A DNA stretch of 64,000 nt from the IMG/VR virus record IMGVR_UViG_3300023296_001674; one strand, written 5' to 3'. The position numbers were made by a program, and so were the translations under genes. Position 1 is the first letter of the stretch, and the number at the start of each line of letters is the position of its first letter. Below, piece after piece: positions 39,004 through 48,921 of this stretch. Source of the DNA: a virus. Below the pieces are notes generated by a model. That model was not told the origin of the DNA. It did no database searches and was given only the letters and a program-made list of their open reading frames with translations.

Positions 39004-39222
39004 ATGTTTTGTTTTCACAAATATGACAAAGAAATAAAAGATGGCTATCAGTTTTGCACAAAATGCGGTAAAGCACATTCAGTTGTATGTGTACATGAAT
39101 GGAAAACTATTCATGAATATAACGTGACTACATCAACAATAGGGGGTTCAAAACGACAAAGTGTGGAATACCATCTGCAATGTAAAAAATGCGGTAATTT
39201 AAAAGTTAGACATCTGGAATAA
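39004..39222 (+). CDS. small zinc-ribbon protein
   Basis: CTKCGK...CKKCGN pair of CxxC motifs; 72 aa. Confidence 0.4.
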   Translation: MFCFHKYDKEIKDGYQFCTKCGKAHSVVCVHEWKTIHEYNVTTSTIGGSKRQSVEYHLQCKKCGNLKVRHLE

Positions 39223-39289
39223 TCTATTGACATCTCCGCACATTTATGTTATATTGGAATCATTATTAACACAAAGAAAGGATAATATC

Positions 39290-39727
39290 ATGTTGAATAA
39301 ACTGTCCGCTGCAACCATCCAAGCACGTAAAGATAAAAACGGAGACGCTAAATTATTGGTTACGTTTCTCTCCGAAGTTCGAATGCGTGCCAAAGATGAT
39401 GGCAATCGTGAAGTGACTGACACTGATATCGTTAAAGTTGCGCAAAAATTCATGAAATCAGCAAAAGAAACAGTAGGCATTCTTCAAAAAGACGATAGCC
39501 GACCAGATGCCCTTACAGCCGCACTACGTGAAATCGAAGTGCTTGATGCGTATATTCCTACACTTATGGATGAAGACGCTACACGGGCTGCTGTAGCCGC
39601 TGCAATCGAAGCAACTGGCGCTACCGATATGTCTGATATGGGTAGAATTATGGGTGAATTGAAAAAATCACACGGCGTAACCATTAATATGGGTCTTGCT
39701 TCCGGTATTTTGAAAACGTCATTCTAA
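39290..39727 (+). CDS. GatB/YqeY-domain protein
   Basis: MLNKLSAATIQARKDKNGDAKLLVTFLSEVRMRAKD...DIVKVAQKFMKSAKE matches the YqeY/GatB C-terminal domain; ATG at 39290 after AAGGA. Confidence 0.55.
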   Translation: MLNKLSAATIQARKDKNGDAKLLVTFLSEVRMRAKDDGNREVTDTDIVKVAQKFMKSAKETVGILQKDDSRPDALTAALREIEVLDAYIPTLMDEDATRAAVAAAIEATGATDMSDMGRIMGELKKSHGVTINMGLASGILKTSF

Positions 39728-40191
39728 TGGATACAATCATTGATCCAGACGTAGTTAAAAAGTGGTTAAAAGATAATCATACAACATATGAATCTATTCG
39801 TGAAATGGGTTTAATAGATGCATTCAACAACGAAGTAGGATTTGAAGTATTTAATCCTATCTGCTTTGATGAGGGTGCTGCTTATGCTGATTTTTTAATC
39901 ACTACTACTGCACTATATGGTCATTCATGGTCATTTAGTGTATATGAAATTGGTTCGTGGCAGAGTTTTGATCGAAATAATTTATTTGATGTTCCATGTG
40001 ACTTGGAAATATACATCAACGGATTCATCAAATGGGACGGTTGTTCACATTTTTGGTTCGGCGATGAAGATGGATATATTCATATTTGTGGTGCTGATGA
40101 ATTTGAAAAACATAACAAATTGATGACCTACGTTTATAACGAAGCAAACGAAATGATTCAAACTTTTGATCAAAGTGAATTATTAACATAA
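39727..40191 (+). CDS. hypothetical protein
   Basis: 154 aa. Confidence 0.4.
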   Translation: MDTIIDPDVVKKWLKDNHTTYESIREMGLIDAFNNEVGFEVFNPICFDEGAAYADFLITTTALYGHSWSFSVYEIGSWQSFDRNNLFDVPCDLEIYINGFIKWDGCSHFWFGDEDGYIHICGADEFEKHNKLMTYVYNEANEMIQTFDQSELLT

Positions 40192-40201
40192 GGAGAATAA
40201 C

Positions 40202-40534
40202 ATGAAGTTTTCATTTAATATGGATATGTATGGCGCATTCAATACTAAACTCGACTGGCAATATGAACAACATGGCGAAGGTGACGTATTGATTACCGTG
40301 TATCCTACCGAAGAAGCCGATAGTGGTGTAGCTTCAGTGTTGTCATTCGAAGAAATGTTCACAGAACTCGTTTCGTTGAATATGCTGGTCGGGAAAGACG
40401 TTTTTCCTAAAGAAGCAGATAAAATGGAAATGGTGGATGAATTATATCGTATTCATGAAAGTTTTATGGATGCATTTAACGCCGCTAAAGATCGTGTGGT
40501 TGATGCTAAAGTATCTAAAATTAAAAAGAAATAA
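40202..40534 (+). CDS. hypothetical protein
   Basis: 110 aa; AAGGAGAA SD. Confidence 0.4.
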   Translation: MKFSFNMDMYGAFNTKLDWQYEQHGEGDVLITVYPTEEADSGVASVLSFEEMFTELVSLNMLVGKDVFPKEADKMEMVDELYRIHESFMDAFNAAKDRVVDAKVSKIKKK

Positions 40535-40584
40535 TTGACAGAAAGAGGTAGTTGAGGTAATATAAAAATAGATAAACAACCGAT

Positions 40585-40665
40585 GCTGGTAACGCATAGT
40601 GGGGGTGCAGCGTGCTCATAACGCGCCGACGAAAGTCCGGGTTGGTTCGATTCCAACTATCAGTA
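40585..40665 (+). tRNA. atypical tRNA-like gene: anticodon CAU, long variable arm, no encoded CCA
   Basis: acceptor GCTGGTA/TATCAGT (7 bp, 2 G-U); D arm GCAT-agtgggg-GTGC; anticodon arm GCGTG-CTCATAA-CGCGC (U33, CAU, A37, A38); 14-nt variable arm with GAAA tetraloop; T arm GTTGG-TTCGATT-CCAAC; A8 rather than U8. Confidence 0.45.
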
Positions 40666-40685
40666 CATATAAGAAATGGTTGGCT

Positions 40686-41366
40686 TTAGCCGACTATTTT
40701 TTTGACTTCAATAAAAGCACTTTCTGGTGAGAAATAACGATCTTCAAATATGACTACATTCCATCCATTTTCTTTGAATAGTTTTTGTTTGATTCGGTCT
40801 CTATTTTGAACTTGTTTTAAACTATGCACCAAGCCTACCATTTCTTTATAATGCCATGGGCCATTCCATAGGATTGCTATTTTATGATCATTTAGTATAA
40901 TGTCTGCGTCCCATCCATCTACTAAATGTTTATTGTGGTCTACGTTGTTGTATTTTTGATGACATAAATCATATAATGCCATTTCATCTTTACTTCGCAA
41001 ACATCGTTTTTGTGCGGATATTTTGCCGCCTATAAGACCACCTTTTTTGCCTGCTGCACGTAGTCTATTATTGAAACAACTTGTAGAACAAGTTTTGCGT
41101 TTTCTATTTTTCGTTGGATGGTTTTTTGACGGTGTGTTATAAAACTTGACACCACAACTATTACACTCGCACCATATTATTGGCGAGTAATCACCATCGA
41201 TGCCGTTATATTTAAGAACGGATAAACGTGTTTTATTTTTACTGTGTTCTGAACGTTTTCTATTTTTGTTGTTGAATGTCGCGGCACATTGGCGGCTACA
41301 ATACTTGCGTCTATGATCGTTTGTTTCAAACTCATTTCCACATTGTTCACATTTTTTGATTTTCAT
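40686..41366 (-). CDS. Vsr/DUF559-type homing endonuclease with N-terminal zinc fingers
   Basis: CEQCGNEF...CSRQC and CECNSCG...CSTSC fingers; C-terminal DGWDADIILNDHKIAILWNGPWHY...NGWNVVIFEDRYF (DUF559/Vsr fold). Confidence 0.55.
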   Translation of the reverse strand: MKIKKCEQCGNEFETNDHRRKYCSRQCAATFNNKNRKRSEHSKNKTRLSVLKYNGIDGDYSPIIWCECNSCGVKFYNTPSKNHPTKNRKRKTCSTSCFNNRLRAAGKKGGLIGGKISAQKRCLRSKDEMALYDLCHQKYNNVDHNKHLVDGWDADIILNDHKIAILWNGPWHYKEMVGLVHSLKQVQNRDRIKQKLFKENGWNVVIFEDRYFSPESAFIEVKKIVG

Positions 41367-41477
41367 TTTGACTTACCCTAGTTAAACAGTTATAAATAAT
41401 GCAGCGGGACAGTCTGTCACCCTAGTCAGATTTCCTATTTGTTCGAAGCATTTAGGATTACCGCTATTAGTATTTAT

Positions 41478-42317
41478 TCAAGTGAATATTTTAAATGCAG
41501 GATTTTTTTGTATATTTTCCATCCTTTTTTCTGCTATTTCTATATATTTTTCTTCTAAGTCTATACCAATGAAAGACCGATTGTTTTTGAGGCAAGCTAC
41601 GCCTGTTGTTCCGCTACCCATGAATGGGTCTAATACTACGCCTTGTTCCGGTGATAACAGTTTGATCAACCATGATGCTAAATTTTCTGGATATTGCGCT
41701 GGATGTGTATTAAATTTGTCTTTGTTAGATTCATGTGTCCCGACTTCGACGTAATCTTTGCATCTCGCGATTCCTGATTTGGCGGTGCTTACGCTATCGA
41801 TATATTCATTAACGCCTTTCACTGATTCCATGCCTATTCTATCCGAAACCACACCATTCGCTTTAGGATCGCAATAGCTACGCTGATCTAATGAAAACCA
41901 ATGTATGCTTTCCCAACTTCTTCTAGGGCGATAGTTGCTACCTAATGGTGCAGATGTAGGTTTAATCCATATCAATTCTTCACACTCGCGCCAACCATCT
42001 TCACGTATTGCTAGTCTCATTTTTAATGTATAATCACTGATTTGACCTTCTTTGATATGTGGTCTAATCACGATTGCCACATTACCGGCTGGTTTAAGAA
42101 TTCGTTTGACTTGTTGCATCCATTTTACAGTCCATTCAGGGTAATCGTGTTCATTGATTCCGTTGTATAATCCATCGCGTTGTTCGGCATACGGTGGTGA
42201 AGTTAACACCAAGTCTACAGAATTATCTTCTATATTTGTTATTTGTTCTAATAAATCACCTTTAAATATAATCAATTTTAGCACTCCAATAAAATAATTT
42301 CCTATTGTATTTATCAT
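41478..42317 (-). CDS. beta-class DNA amino-methyltransferase (N6-adenine or N4-cytosine)
   Basis: motif IV DLVLTSPPY precedes motif I DPFMGSGTTG (beta-class order); true start may be the internal TTG preceded by GGAGTG. Confidence 0.7.
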   Translation of the reverse strand: MINTIGNYFIGVLKLIIFKGDLLEQITNIEDNSVDLVLTSPPYAEQRDGLYNGINEHDYPEWTVKWMQQVKRILKPAGNVAIVIRPHIKEGQISDYTLKMRLAIREDGWRECEELIWIKPTSAPLGSNYRPRRSWESIHWFSLDQRSYCDPKANGVVSDRIGMESVKGVNEYIDSVSTAKSGIARCKDYVEVGTHESNKDKFNTHPAQYPENLASWLIKLLSPEQGVVLDPFMGSGTTGVACLKNNRSFIGIDLEEKYIEIAEKRMENIQKNPAFKIFT

Positions 42318-42535
42318 TATTAAATACGGTGTTTATTATATCAATATGTATATATATCAAATGGTTAGACCCTTGCGCAAAAATTCAATTTCATCATTTA
42401 GTTAGTTTTTGATTTTATGCGCAACCATGATTTTTGAAAATAATTAAAAACAATGCTTGACAATATATAATAATGGATATATGGTGTATATTATATAAAT
42501 CCAATAATTGAAACTATACAATGAGGTATTAAAAA

Positions 42536-45046
42536 ATGAGTAACCAACAGCCAAGTATTATCCGTATCGGTGATATACCATCTAATGATGATTCACCTGT
42601 AAATGAAACCCTTGCTACTATTGTACCGTTTTCCAACGCTTTAAAAAAACAAAGCAATTTCGATAAATTAGTAAATGATCATTTATTGTATATTGATTAT
42701 TCTTATCCTATAATGTCATATTTAACTTCACATTTAAAAAATGTTATAATTCCAGAAAAAGATGGTGTTTCAATAGTTGTAAACATGAAACCATATGATA
42801 AAAATTTATTTTTAGCAATGAATAGATCAGAGCAACGAGATATAATTAATAAAGCACATAATTCTGGTTATAAAAAATTAATTACAGCATTGAAAAATGG
42901 CGAAAAACATCCCATTGGAACACCACATTTAAACGCTATTAGAACATTAGTTGAGCGGGTTATTCCGTCGTTATTGAATGACCCATCTAAATGTAAAAAT
43001 ATTAATGGACCAACACAATCTGGAAAATCTAGTTTGGCGCATATTATGTCTTGGTTGGAGCCAATTATGTGTTTAATGACAGGTCGTAAATATTTTAATA
43101 TCAATGTAGGAACAAATAAATTGGCGCATGGATCGCAATATCGTGAAGAGCTTGATGTGTTTTTGGATTTGTTCGGCGACGTTGAATTTGAATATGCTAA
43201 ATCTGAAATTGCATATAAATCATCCAGAGTGTCATTAAATCAACTTCGTAAACTCAATAACGATGCCATAGATCGTATGTGCAAATCGTATAATGAATAT
43301 CAATTGTCATTTAAAGAAAACGTCGAAGACGGTGGAAATGAATATCTAAAATCTGTATTTGTAGCGAGAACAAATAAACTGCAATGCATTTCAGATATCC
43401 AACAATTGTGCCAAAATGCCGATCTCGAAGGATTTGATTTATTATATTTGGTTGATGAACATCATTATGGCGCTGACACCGATAGCATATTATATCAAAT
43501 TATGTCTATACATAACACAGATGGAAATAATCTAGCGAGTGAAAACTCAAATCATATATGGATAGGGTTTTCCGCTACTGCATATGATTTCAATCATTTG
43601 GAAAAAATAGATAATATTAAACAATTTCTCGGTGATAATTACTGCGGGTTTAATGTTCTTCAGGGTGATATATATGATACTGATGCGGCAGTTATCAATC
43701 CGGTTTTATATACATTCGACGAGGCAGCTAAGATTTATGATTGTGAAGGTCTGCAACACATTAATATAAAATTACTTAGTAATAAATCTAAGTATAATAA
43801 AAAGCCGCAATTCATTGGTGGGGAAAAATTAACACATGATGAATATTATACATATTGCATGAATGCAGTAGATTTATTTATAACCAATGTTTTACTTGAC
43901 GGAAATGGCGATAATGATAAGACACTAATGTTAATGAGATGGCATCATTCTAACGCAATTACTGATATAATTGAAAATTATATAGTCAACACGATGGGAA
44001 TAAAAGTGATCAATTTCAGAATAACGCCATCAACCACAAAAAAAGATAAAGAAACATCTATTGCTAAACGTATCGAAAATGAAGTGGGCAATGAAAAAGC
44101 TATTATTTTGGTGACTGGTAATGGTAGAATGGCTGATTCGTTTCCTATATGTGTAAAATATTATGTCGATTTTACTGAAACTATTGGATCACAAGCGGCA
44201 TTTATTCAAGGCACCCTTGGGCGTTCTACTGGTTACGGCAAACAATCTGTTGTGTTCATGAATAGAAAGAATATTGGCGCTATTAGAGCTTATGCTATTG
44301 AAGGATTTTATTCAAAACATCCAACAAAAAATTTAAAATTGGGGGATAAAGTTGGAAATTCTAAACCTATTATCAATATGGCGTTTAATAGATATGGCAA
44401 TCTTTTCGATCATCAACCTATTATAGATACTTTTCAATCAATTGTTGCCAAATATCTTAGTAATGATGTATCACATATTGATATAAAGAAACAGTTAGCA
44501 TCCGCGTCAAATAAAGCTAATAAATTAAATGGTATTACTGCACGTGGATATATTGATTTATGGAATATATATCTCCCTGAAGATGTGATGCAAACACTAG
44601 AAGATATATGCAATAGTTCATTGTTGCGTGCAGGGGTTGGGCATGTTACGGAAAATCCACTAAAACCTAAATTTAATGGTGAAGGATATGATTATAAAGG
44701 TGGTCAGACAGGCGAACCTATTAGACCATCTGATATAGGATTTAGAAACATGACCGAGAAGGATAATGAAAAAGGGCATATGTCAAAGCGTATGAAAGAT
44801 GATCGCAACAAAGGTGGTACAAGCGGCAAGAAACCATCCGGTTTATCTTTGGCACCACAAATTGGTGTTAAATTTGAAGATGGAAAATGGCTATTTGTCG
44901 AGATTGAATTGCGTTTGAAATATGGTTCATATACCCAACATAAAACATCTTCTACCGCATATCTTGATCATACCAGCAAATCATCTGCTGTAGAATTCAT
45001 GAATGATGATGAAATTCAGCACTCAATATTAATGCAAGGGGTATAA
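42536..45046 (+). CDS. SF2 (DExH) helicase-like P-loop NTPase, possible restriction (Res-like) or phage ATPase
   Basis: 836 aa; motif I NGPTQSGKSS, motif II LYLVDEHHYG, motif III GFSATAYDF; divergently transcribed from the MTase gene across a 218-bp AT-rich spacer. Confidence 0.4.
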   Translation: MSNQQPSIIRIGDIPSNDDSPVNETLATIVPFSNALKKQSNFDKLVNDHLLYIDYSYPIMSYLTSHLKNVIIPEKDGVSIVVNMKPYDKNLFLAMNRSEQRDIINKAHNSGYKKLITALKNGEKHPIGTPHLNAIRTLVERVIPSLLNDPSKCKNINGPTQSGKSSLAHIMSWLEPIMCLMTGRKYFNINVGTNKLAHGSQYREELDVFLDLFGDVEFEYAKSEIAYKSSRVSLNQLRKLNNDAIDRMCKSYNEYQLSFKENVEDGGNEYLKSVFVARTNKLQCISDIQQLCQNADLEGFDLLYLVDEHHYGADTDSILYQIMSIHNTDGNNLASENSNHIWIGFSATAYDFNHLEKIDNIKQFLGDNYCGFNVLQGDIYDTDAAVINPVLYTFDEAAKIYDCEGLQHINIKLLSNKSKYNKKPQFIGGEKLTHDEYYTYCMNAVDLFITNVLLDGNGDNDKTLMLMRWHHSNAITDIIENYIVNTMGIKVINFRITPSTTKKDKETSIAKRIENEVGNEKAIILVTGNGRMADSFPICVKYYVDFTETIGSQAAFIQGTLGRSTGYGKQSVVFMNRKNIGAIRAYAIEGFYSKHPTKNLKLGDKVGNSKPIINMAFNRYGNLFDHQPIIDTFQSIVAKYLSNDVSHIDIKKQLASASNKANKLNGITARGYIDLWNIYLPEDVMQTLEDICNSSLLRAGVGHVTENPLKPKFNGEGYDYKGGQTGEPIRPSDIGFRNMTEKDNEKGHMSKRMKDDRNKGGTSGKKPSGLSLAPQIGVKFEDGKWLFVEIELRLKYGSYTQHKTSSTAYLDHTSKSSAVEFMNDDEIQHSILMQGV

Positions 45047-45050
45047 CGAC

Positions 45051-45998
45051 ATGTATGATCGCAAATTAAAAAATCTCGCGAGACAAAAAATTCTTGAATA
45101 TATGGCAATAGATGATGTAATTGTTGGTGATAGTATATGGTTTCCTGCCTCGCAAGCATTATGTGTATTACAGGCACAACAAATGGGTTTGCTGACTCAA
45201 AATACCATATTGGTAGAGAAAGATGCTTCAATAATTGACGATTTTGATCAAATAACTGAACATCTTCCAAATAGAATCATTCATCATGGTGAATTGAGTG
45301 CTCTAAAATTAATTAATGACGTATCTTATGCATTTTTTGATTTAAATGGATGCATGGATGAAAAAATAGCCCGATGGGTTGTCGAAAATTTTATACCATA
45401 TGTTAAATTCGGTGGAATTTATTCATTTAATTATTTATATGGCAATCGTTCTAATATATTTCAGCCTAAAATATTATCAGCATTGAAGAAATTGACAATT
45501 TATAAACAACTTAAAAAATATATGAATGAAGAAGATGATTTGATAATGGGTCCGTTAGCGCTTTTACATTGTTTGTTTGACGATTTAGATGTATATCATA
45601 ATGAGCCTATATATTATTGTGACACGGTTCCAATGTGTACATATACGTTGGAAATTGTATCTGATAAAAAATCTATCAGAGCATGGCCCACCATTGATGA
45701 ACTAATTGACATGATGGATAATCCATCGCCCATCAGACCTGTGAAATCACACAGACCTGTAAAACCCGCGACAATAACGTCGCATATACCAAGGAGAAAG
45801 AATATGACTGCAACGCAACAAATTGATGCTCTTGTTAAGAGTGGCAAAATTACAAAAAAAAGTGCTGGTGCATATAAAGCCAATATCACTAGAAAACATC
45901 GTGTTATTGATAATGATAAATCGTTATCATCTGGTAGCGCGGCGGCAAAAAAAGCTCATATTTCGAGAAAGATTCTATCCTCTGCTAAAGGGATTTAA
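45051..45998 (+). CDS. hypothetical protein, possibly TylF-like class I methyltransferase fold, with basic C-terminal tail
   Basis: FFDLNGCMDEKIARWVVENFIPYVKFGGIYSFNY resembles the TylF/MycF C-terminal motif (weak). Confidence 0.3.
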   Translation: MYDRKLKNLARQKILEYMAIDDVIVGDSIWFPASQALCVLQAQQMGLLTQNTILVEKDASIIDDFDQITEHLPNRIIHHGELSALKLINDVSYAFFDLNGCMDEKIARWVVENFIPYVKFGGIYSFNYLYGNRSNIFQPKILSALKKLTIYKQLKKYMNEEDDLIMGPLALLHCLFDDLDVYHNEPIYYCDTVPMCTYTLEIVSDKKSIRAWPTIDELIDMMDNPSPIRPVKSHRPVKPATITSHIPRRKNMTATQQIDALVKSGKITKKSAGAYKANITRKHRVIDNDKSLSSGSAAAKKAHISRKILSSAKGI

Positions 45999-46172
45999 TA
46001 TATAAAGTGCCTCATCATAACGGTGGGGCATTTTTTATTGCGCCACGTTTCCTCATTGTGGTATACTCATGAAATAATAATTTAAAGAGGAAATATCACG
46101 AGAACATTTAAAGCCCCGAAATTAACTGGCGTAAGAAAAAAAGCACAAAAACGATTATCCATAAAAAACGAA

Positions 46173-46736
46173 TTGCTAGATTTAGCAAATAGCAGTGCAA
46201 CCAAGCCAAGACAGTGCACTGAAATTGGAATGAAATTGATTAGATTCACAAACCAAAAAAGTTCCACGTTTAATTCGGAATTAAGAGAAGAATTGAAAGC
46301 GATTAGACCTGAATGGTTTAAAACTGAAACCGTATCATATAAAAAACAAAAACTTGTATTTATGGCTGAGAATAAATTGAGTCGCCCTGTTCATACTAGC
46401 AAAATAGGTCAGGCCGTTGGAAACTATACATCTGGACACGGTGGTGCTTATGATGCATCATTCGATGTAGAACTACGGTCACTTTCACCAAAATGGTTTA
46501 GAGGTAGACTAGCCAAATACAAAAATACCGATTTTACAAAACCGAAGAAACCAAGAGTTCCGGTATCCGAAAAGAAAGCAGAATTGCTTAGACTTGCGTC
46601 AACTGGTAAAGGGCGACCTAATTATAGCCATCCTTATGGAAATGTTTTGGGTGGATACATTTGTAAAACTTCAAACGGATACGATGAAGCATTCAGTAAT
46701 CAAATACGTTCGTTGCGTCCAGATTGGTTCAAATAG
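46173..46736 (+). CDS. hypothetical protein with three LRxLRP(E/D/K)WF repeats
   Basis: ELKAIRPEWFK / ELRSLSPKWFRG / IRSLRPDWFK spaced about 60 aa apart. Confidence 0.4.
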   Translation: MLDLANSSATKPRQCTEIGMKLIRFTNQKSSTFNSELREELKAIRPEWFKTETVSYKKQKLVFMAENKLSRPVHTSKIGQAVGNYTSGHGGAYDASFDVELRSLSPKWFRGRLAKYKNTDFTKPKKPRVPVSEKKAELLRLASTGKGRPNYSHPYGNVLGGYICKTSNGYDEAFSNQIRSLRPDWFK

Positions 46737-46746
46737 GATAAACACA

Positions 46747-47262
46747 ATGGCTGATAAAAAAACACCAAATGAATTACTTGATATGCTAAGAGAACGAGCA
46801 AACCGCCACCCCACAGAAGCGGAGTTGGCACAAAAGCAAATTGAAGAAGATAATCACATTGAACGGCAAAAAAAGATAGATTGTTTCGTGATTAATACGG
46901 TTTATGAAACAGTTGAAAGACCATCATCGTTGACAACATATGTTGTTGGGGTTTTAAGGCCGTTATGTGAACGAATGCCAGAAGATTGTTATCATTTTTC
47001 AGAGAATGAATGGCTTGAAATTGCGATGGATTATGCATCTGAAAATAACATTGGAATGAATGATCCAGTGATGCGATATTATTATGTTCATAGTGATGAT
47101 ATTCATTGGACATTATCAGCATCGTATGCATCGGATCACTATAGCAAATCTCATCCATCCAACTTTGATGACATCAACGATTGGGTTATGTCATGGCTTC
47201 TTGATTATGTAGAAGATGAAAAAGAAATAAAAATTACCGAGGTTAATGTCACATATAATTAA
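46747..47262 (+). CDS. hypothetical protein
   Basis: ATG at 46747 (MADKKTPNELL); the track extension from 46594 overlaps the upstream gene. Confidence 0.4.
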   Translation: MADKKTPNELLDMLRERANRHPTEAELAQKQIEEDNHIERQKKIDCFVINTVYETVERPSSLTTYVVGVLRPLCERMPEDCYHFSENEWLEIAMDYASENNIGMNDPVMRYYYVHSDDIHWTLSASYASDHYSKSHPSNFDDINDWVMSWLLDYVEDEKEIKITEVNVTYN

Positions 47263-47321
47263 TCCTTGACAATATCTGATTATCATATATAATAATCAAA
47301 TAATCAACGAAAGGTATTATT

Positions 47322-47894
47322 ATGAATAATGAAATGCAAACACGATTCAAAGAAACTGTATATAGGGTTGAAGCCACGCGCTTTGAAAAAAGTGTGTTAT
47401 GGCGCAGTCATTCCAATGAGGCGGTTAAGCATAAATTATCTACCGCCGATCATCCACATTTGGTTGTTGATTGGGTGCAAATTACTAGTGGATATGGACT
47501 GACGGTTGGTTGGATTGAGGATCGTTCTGTGCATGTATCGTTTGAGTGGGCCAATATTAACGACAAATTAGTTATGTTTTGGGAGCCAACAAGCTTCCTC
47601 GTCGATTATGATATTATTGACAAATGGTTTGAAGTCGAAATGCCTCATGTAGAAAAATGTGAGGCTGATACTTTTACACACTGTATTGATTGGATTAATA
47701 AACAACACAAGGAACCAGATACAATGTCAGATGAAACACCCGATTATAAAACAATAGTAGATTCGATAGTGCGTGATCTTACAGGCAGAGGTGGATTACG
47801 CCAATCGTGGGATAACATAGATGAAGAAATTCATGAAGAGATTAAAGACGCTTGGGCCAAAATCATTGAAAATGGAATGAACGGAAAAACATAA
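47322..47894 (+). CDS. hypothetical protein
   Basis: 190 aa; AAAGGTATTATT ATG. Confidence 0.4.
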   Translation: MNNEMQTRFKETVYRVEATRFEKSVLWRSHSNEAVKHKLSTADHPHLVVDWVQITSGYGLTVGWIEDRSVHVSFEWANINDKLVMFWEPTSFLVDYDIIDKWFEVEMPHVEKCEADTFTHCIDWINKQHKEPDTMSDETPDYKTIVDSIVRDLTGRGGLRQSWDNIDEEIHEEIKDAWAKIIENGMNGKT

Positions 47895-47998
47895 TGAAAA
47901 TACAATTGATATTTTTAGCAGTTGTAATGCTTACAACATATACGTGGTTTTGGGTATTCGTTGTTTGGTTATAGCATTTGTTATAGAGGACTGGTAAA

Positions 47999-48391
47999 AT
48001 GGATAATAAATATTTCAGGTTTGGAAAGTCATTGGCATGTGTTCAATTGGTGATAGAACTTGAAAAACTCCCACGCAAAGATAGCAGAAAAATATCCACA
48101 CATATTGAAGAATTTTGTCGCGGTTTGAATCAACTCAGTTCTGTTGATAAATTTTGCCGCCATCGAATGGGAACTATGTGGTTAGATCAATTCACAAATC
48201 ACGATTTAACTATACCAAAACGTCTCGATTTTAATTATGATACCACTCTAAAAAACATTCTTAAATATCGCTATCGGCTTTGGCTTGAAGAAAACAATTT
48301 GTTGAATAAGTATGAACTTGCGGATCGCCAAGAAAAAAATATCCGTGAATCATTAAACGCAGAACGGTGGATTGCTGAAAATATCTCTTGA
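47999..48391 (+). CDS. hypothetical protein
   Basis: 130 aa. Confidence 0.35.
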   Translation: MDNKYFRFGKSLACVQLVIELEKLPRKDSRKISTHIEEFCRGLNQLSSVDKFCRHRMGTMWLDQFTNHDLTIPKRLDFNYDTTLKNILKYRYRLWLEENNLLNKYELADRQEKNIRESLNAERWIAENIS

Positions 48392-48444
48392 CAAATACAT
48401 CATGTATGGTATCTTTAATTATATTTCATTGAAGGAGATCGAAC

Positions 48445-48921
48445 ATGCAATATATTATTAATAAATTGCGCAACGAACTTAAAACATTGTTTTCGAATGT
48501 TAAAATTTCTAACACGCAAGGAACATTGTATAAAGTGTCTGCGAAGAACGCATTTCGTGATATTCACGGTGCAACATATGAAGAATTTGTTGTAAAGGCA
48601 ATTGAAGTTGCAGGATTTGAAGTCGATGCAGTAAACATGTCAATGGATGATAATGTTAGTATTATGTGTAGACATGAAAAGGATAATATTGTTCCTGATG
48701 ATGTTATTACATTTTGGGCTAACTATCAAATCGGTGGCAGCGGAATGAGCACTTCAACGCAAAGCACGCTTCGCAACATGGCACGTATGATTTACAAAGA
48801 GCGTGGCATTGATTATAAAACCATCGAATACTCGATTGGTAGATATAATGGAACTGATAAAGTTGCGGTCATGGCAAATAACAAATTTATTAGATTTCAA
48901 GATGAAGTGGAGATTGCATAA
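48445..48921 (+). CDS. hypothetical protein
   Basis: 158 aa; GAAGGAGATCGAAC ATG. Confidence 0.4.
   Translation: MQYIINKLRNELKTLFSNVKISNTQGTLYKVSAKNAFRDIHGATYEEFVVKAIEVAGFEVDAVNMSMDDNVSIMCRHEKDNIVPDDVITFWANYQIGGSGMSTSTQSTLRNMARMIYKERGIDYKTIEYSIGRYNGTDKVAVMANNKFIRFQDEVEIA

Noticed and set aside
40585-40665. Interpretation of the CAU tRNA-like element as a tmRNA 3' domain
   Set aside because: No tmRNA-like 5' acceptor partner or tag-peptide reading frame upstream, and the element folds as a complete cloverleaf on its own
42370-42410. TTGCGCAA/TGCGCA palindromes in the MTase-helicase spacer as the methyltransferase recognition site
   Set aside because: By-eye counts of TGCGCA in the window are near expectation for this base composition, so neither avoidance nor enrichment can be supported without methylome data
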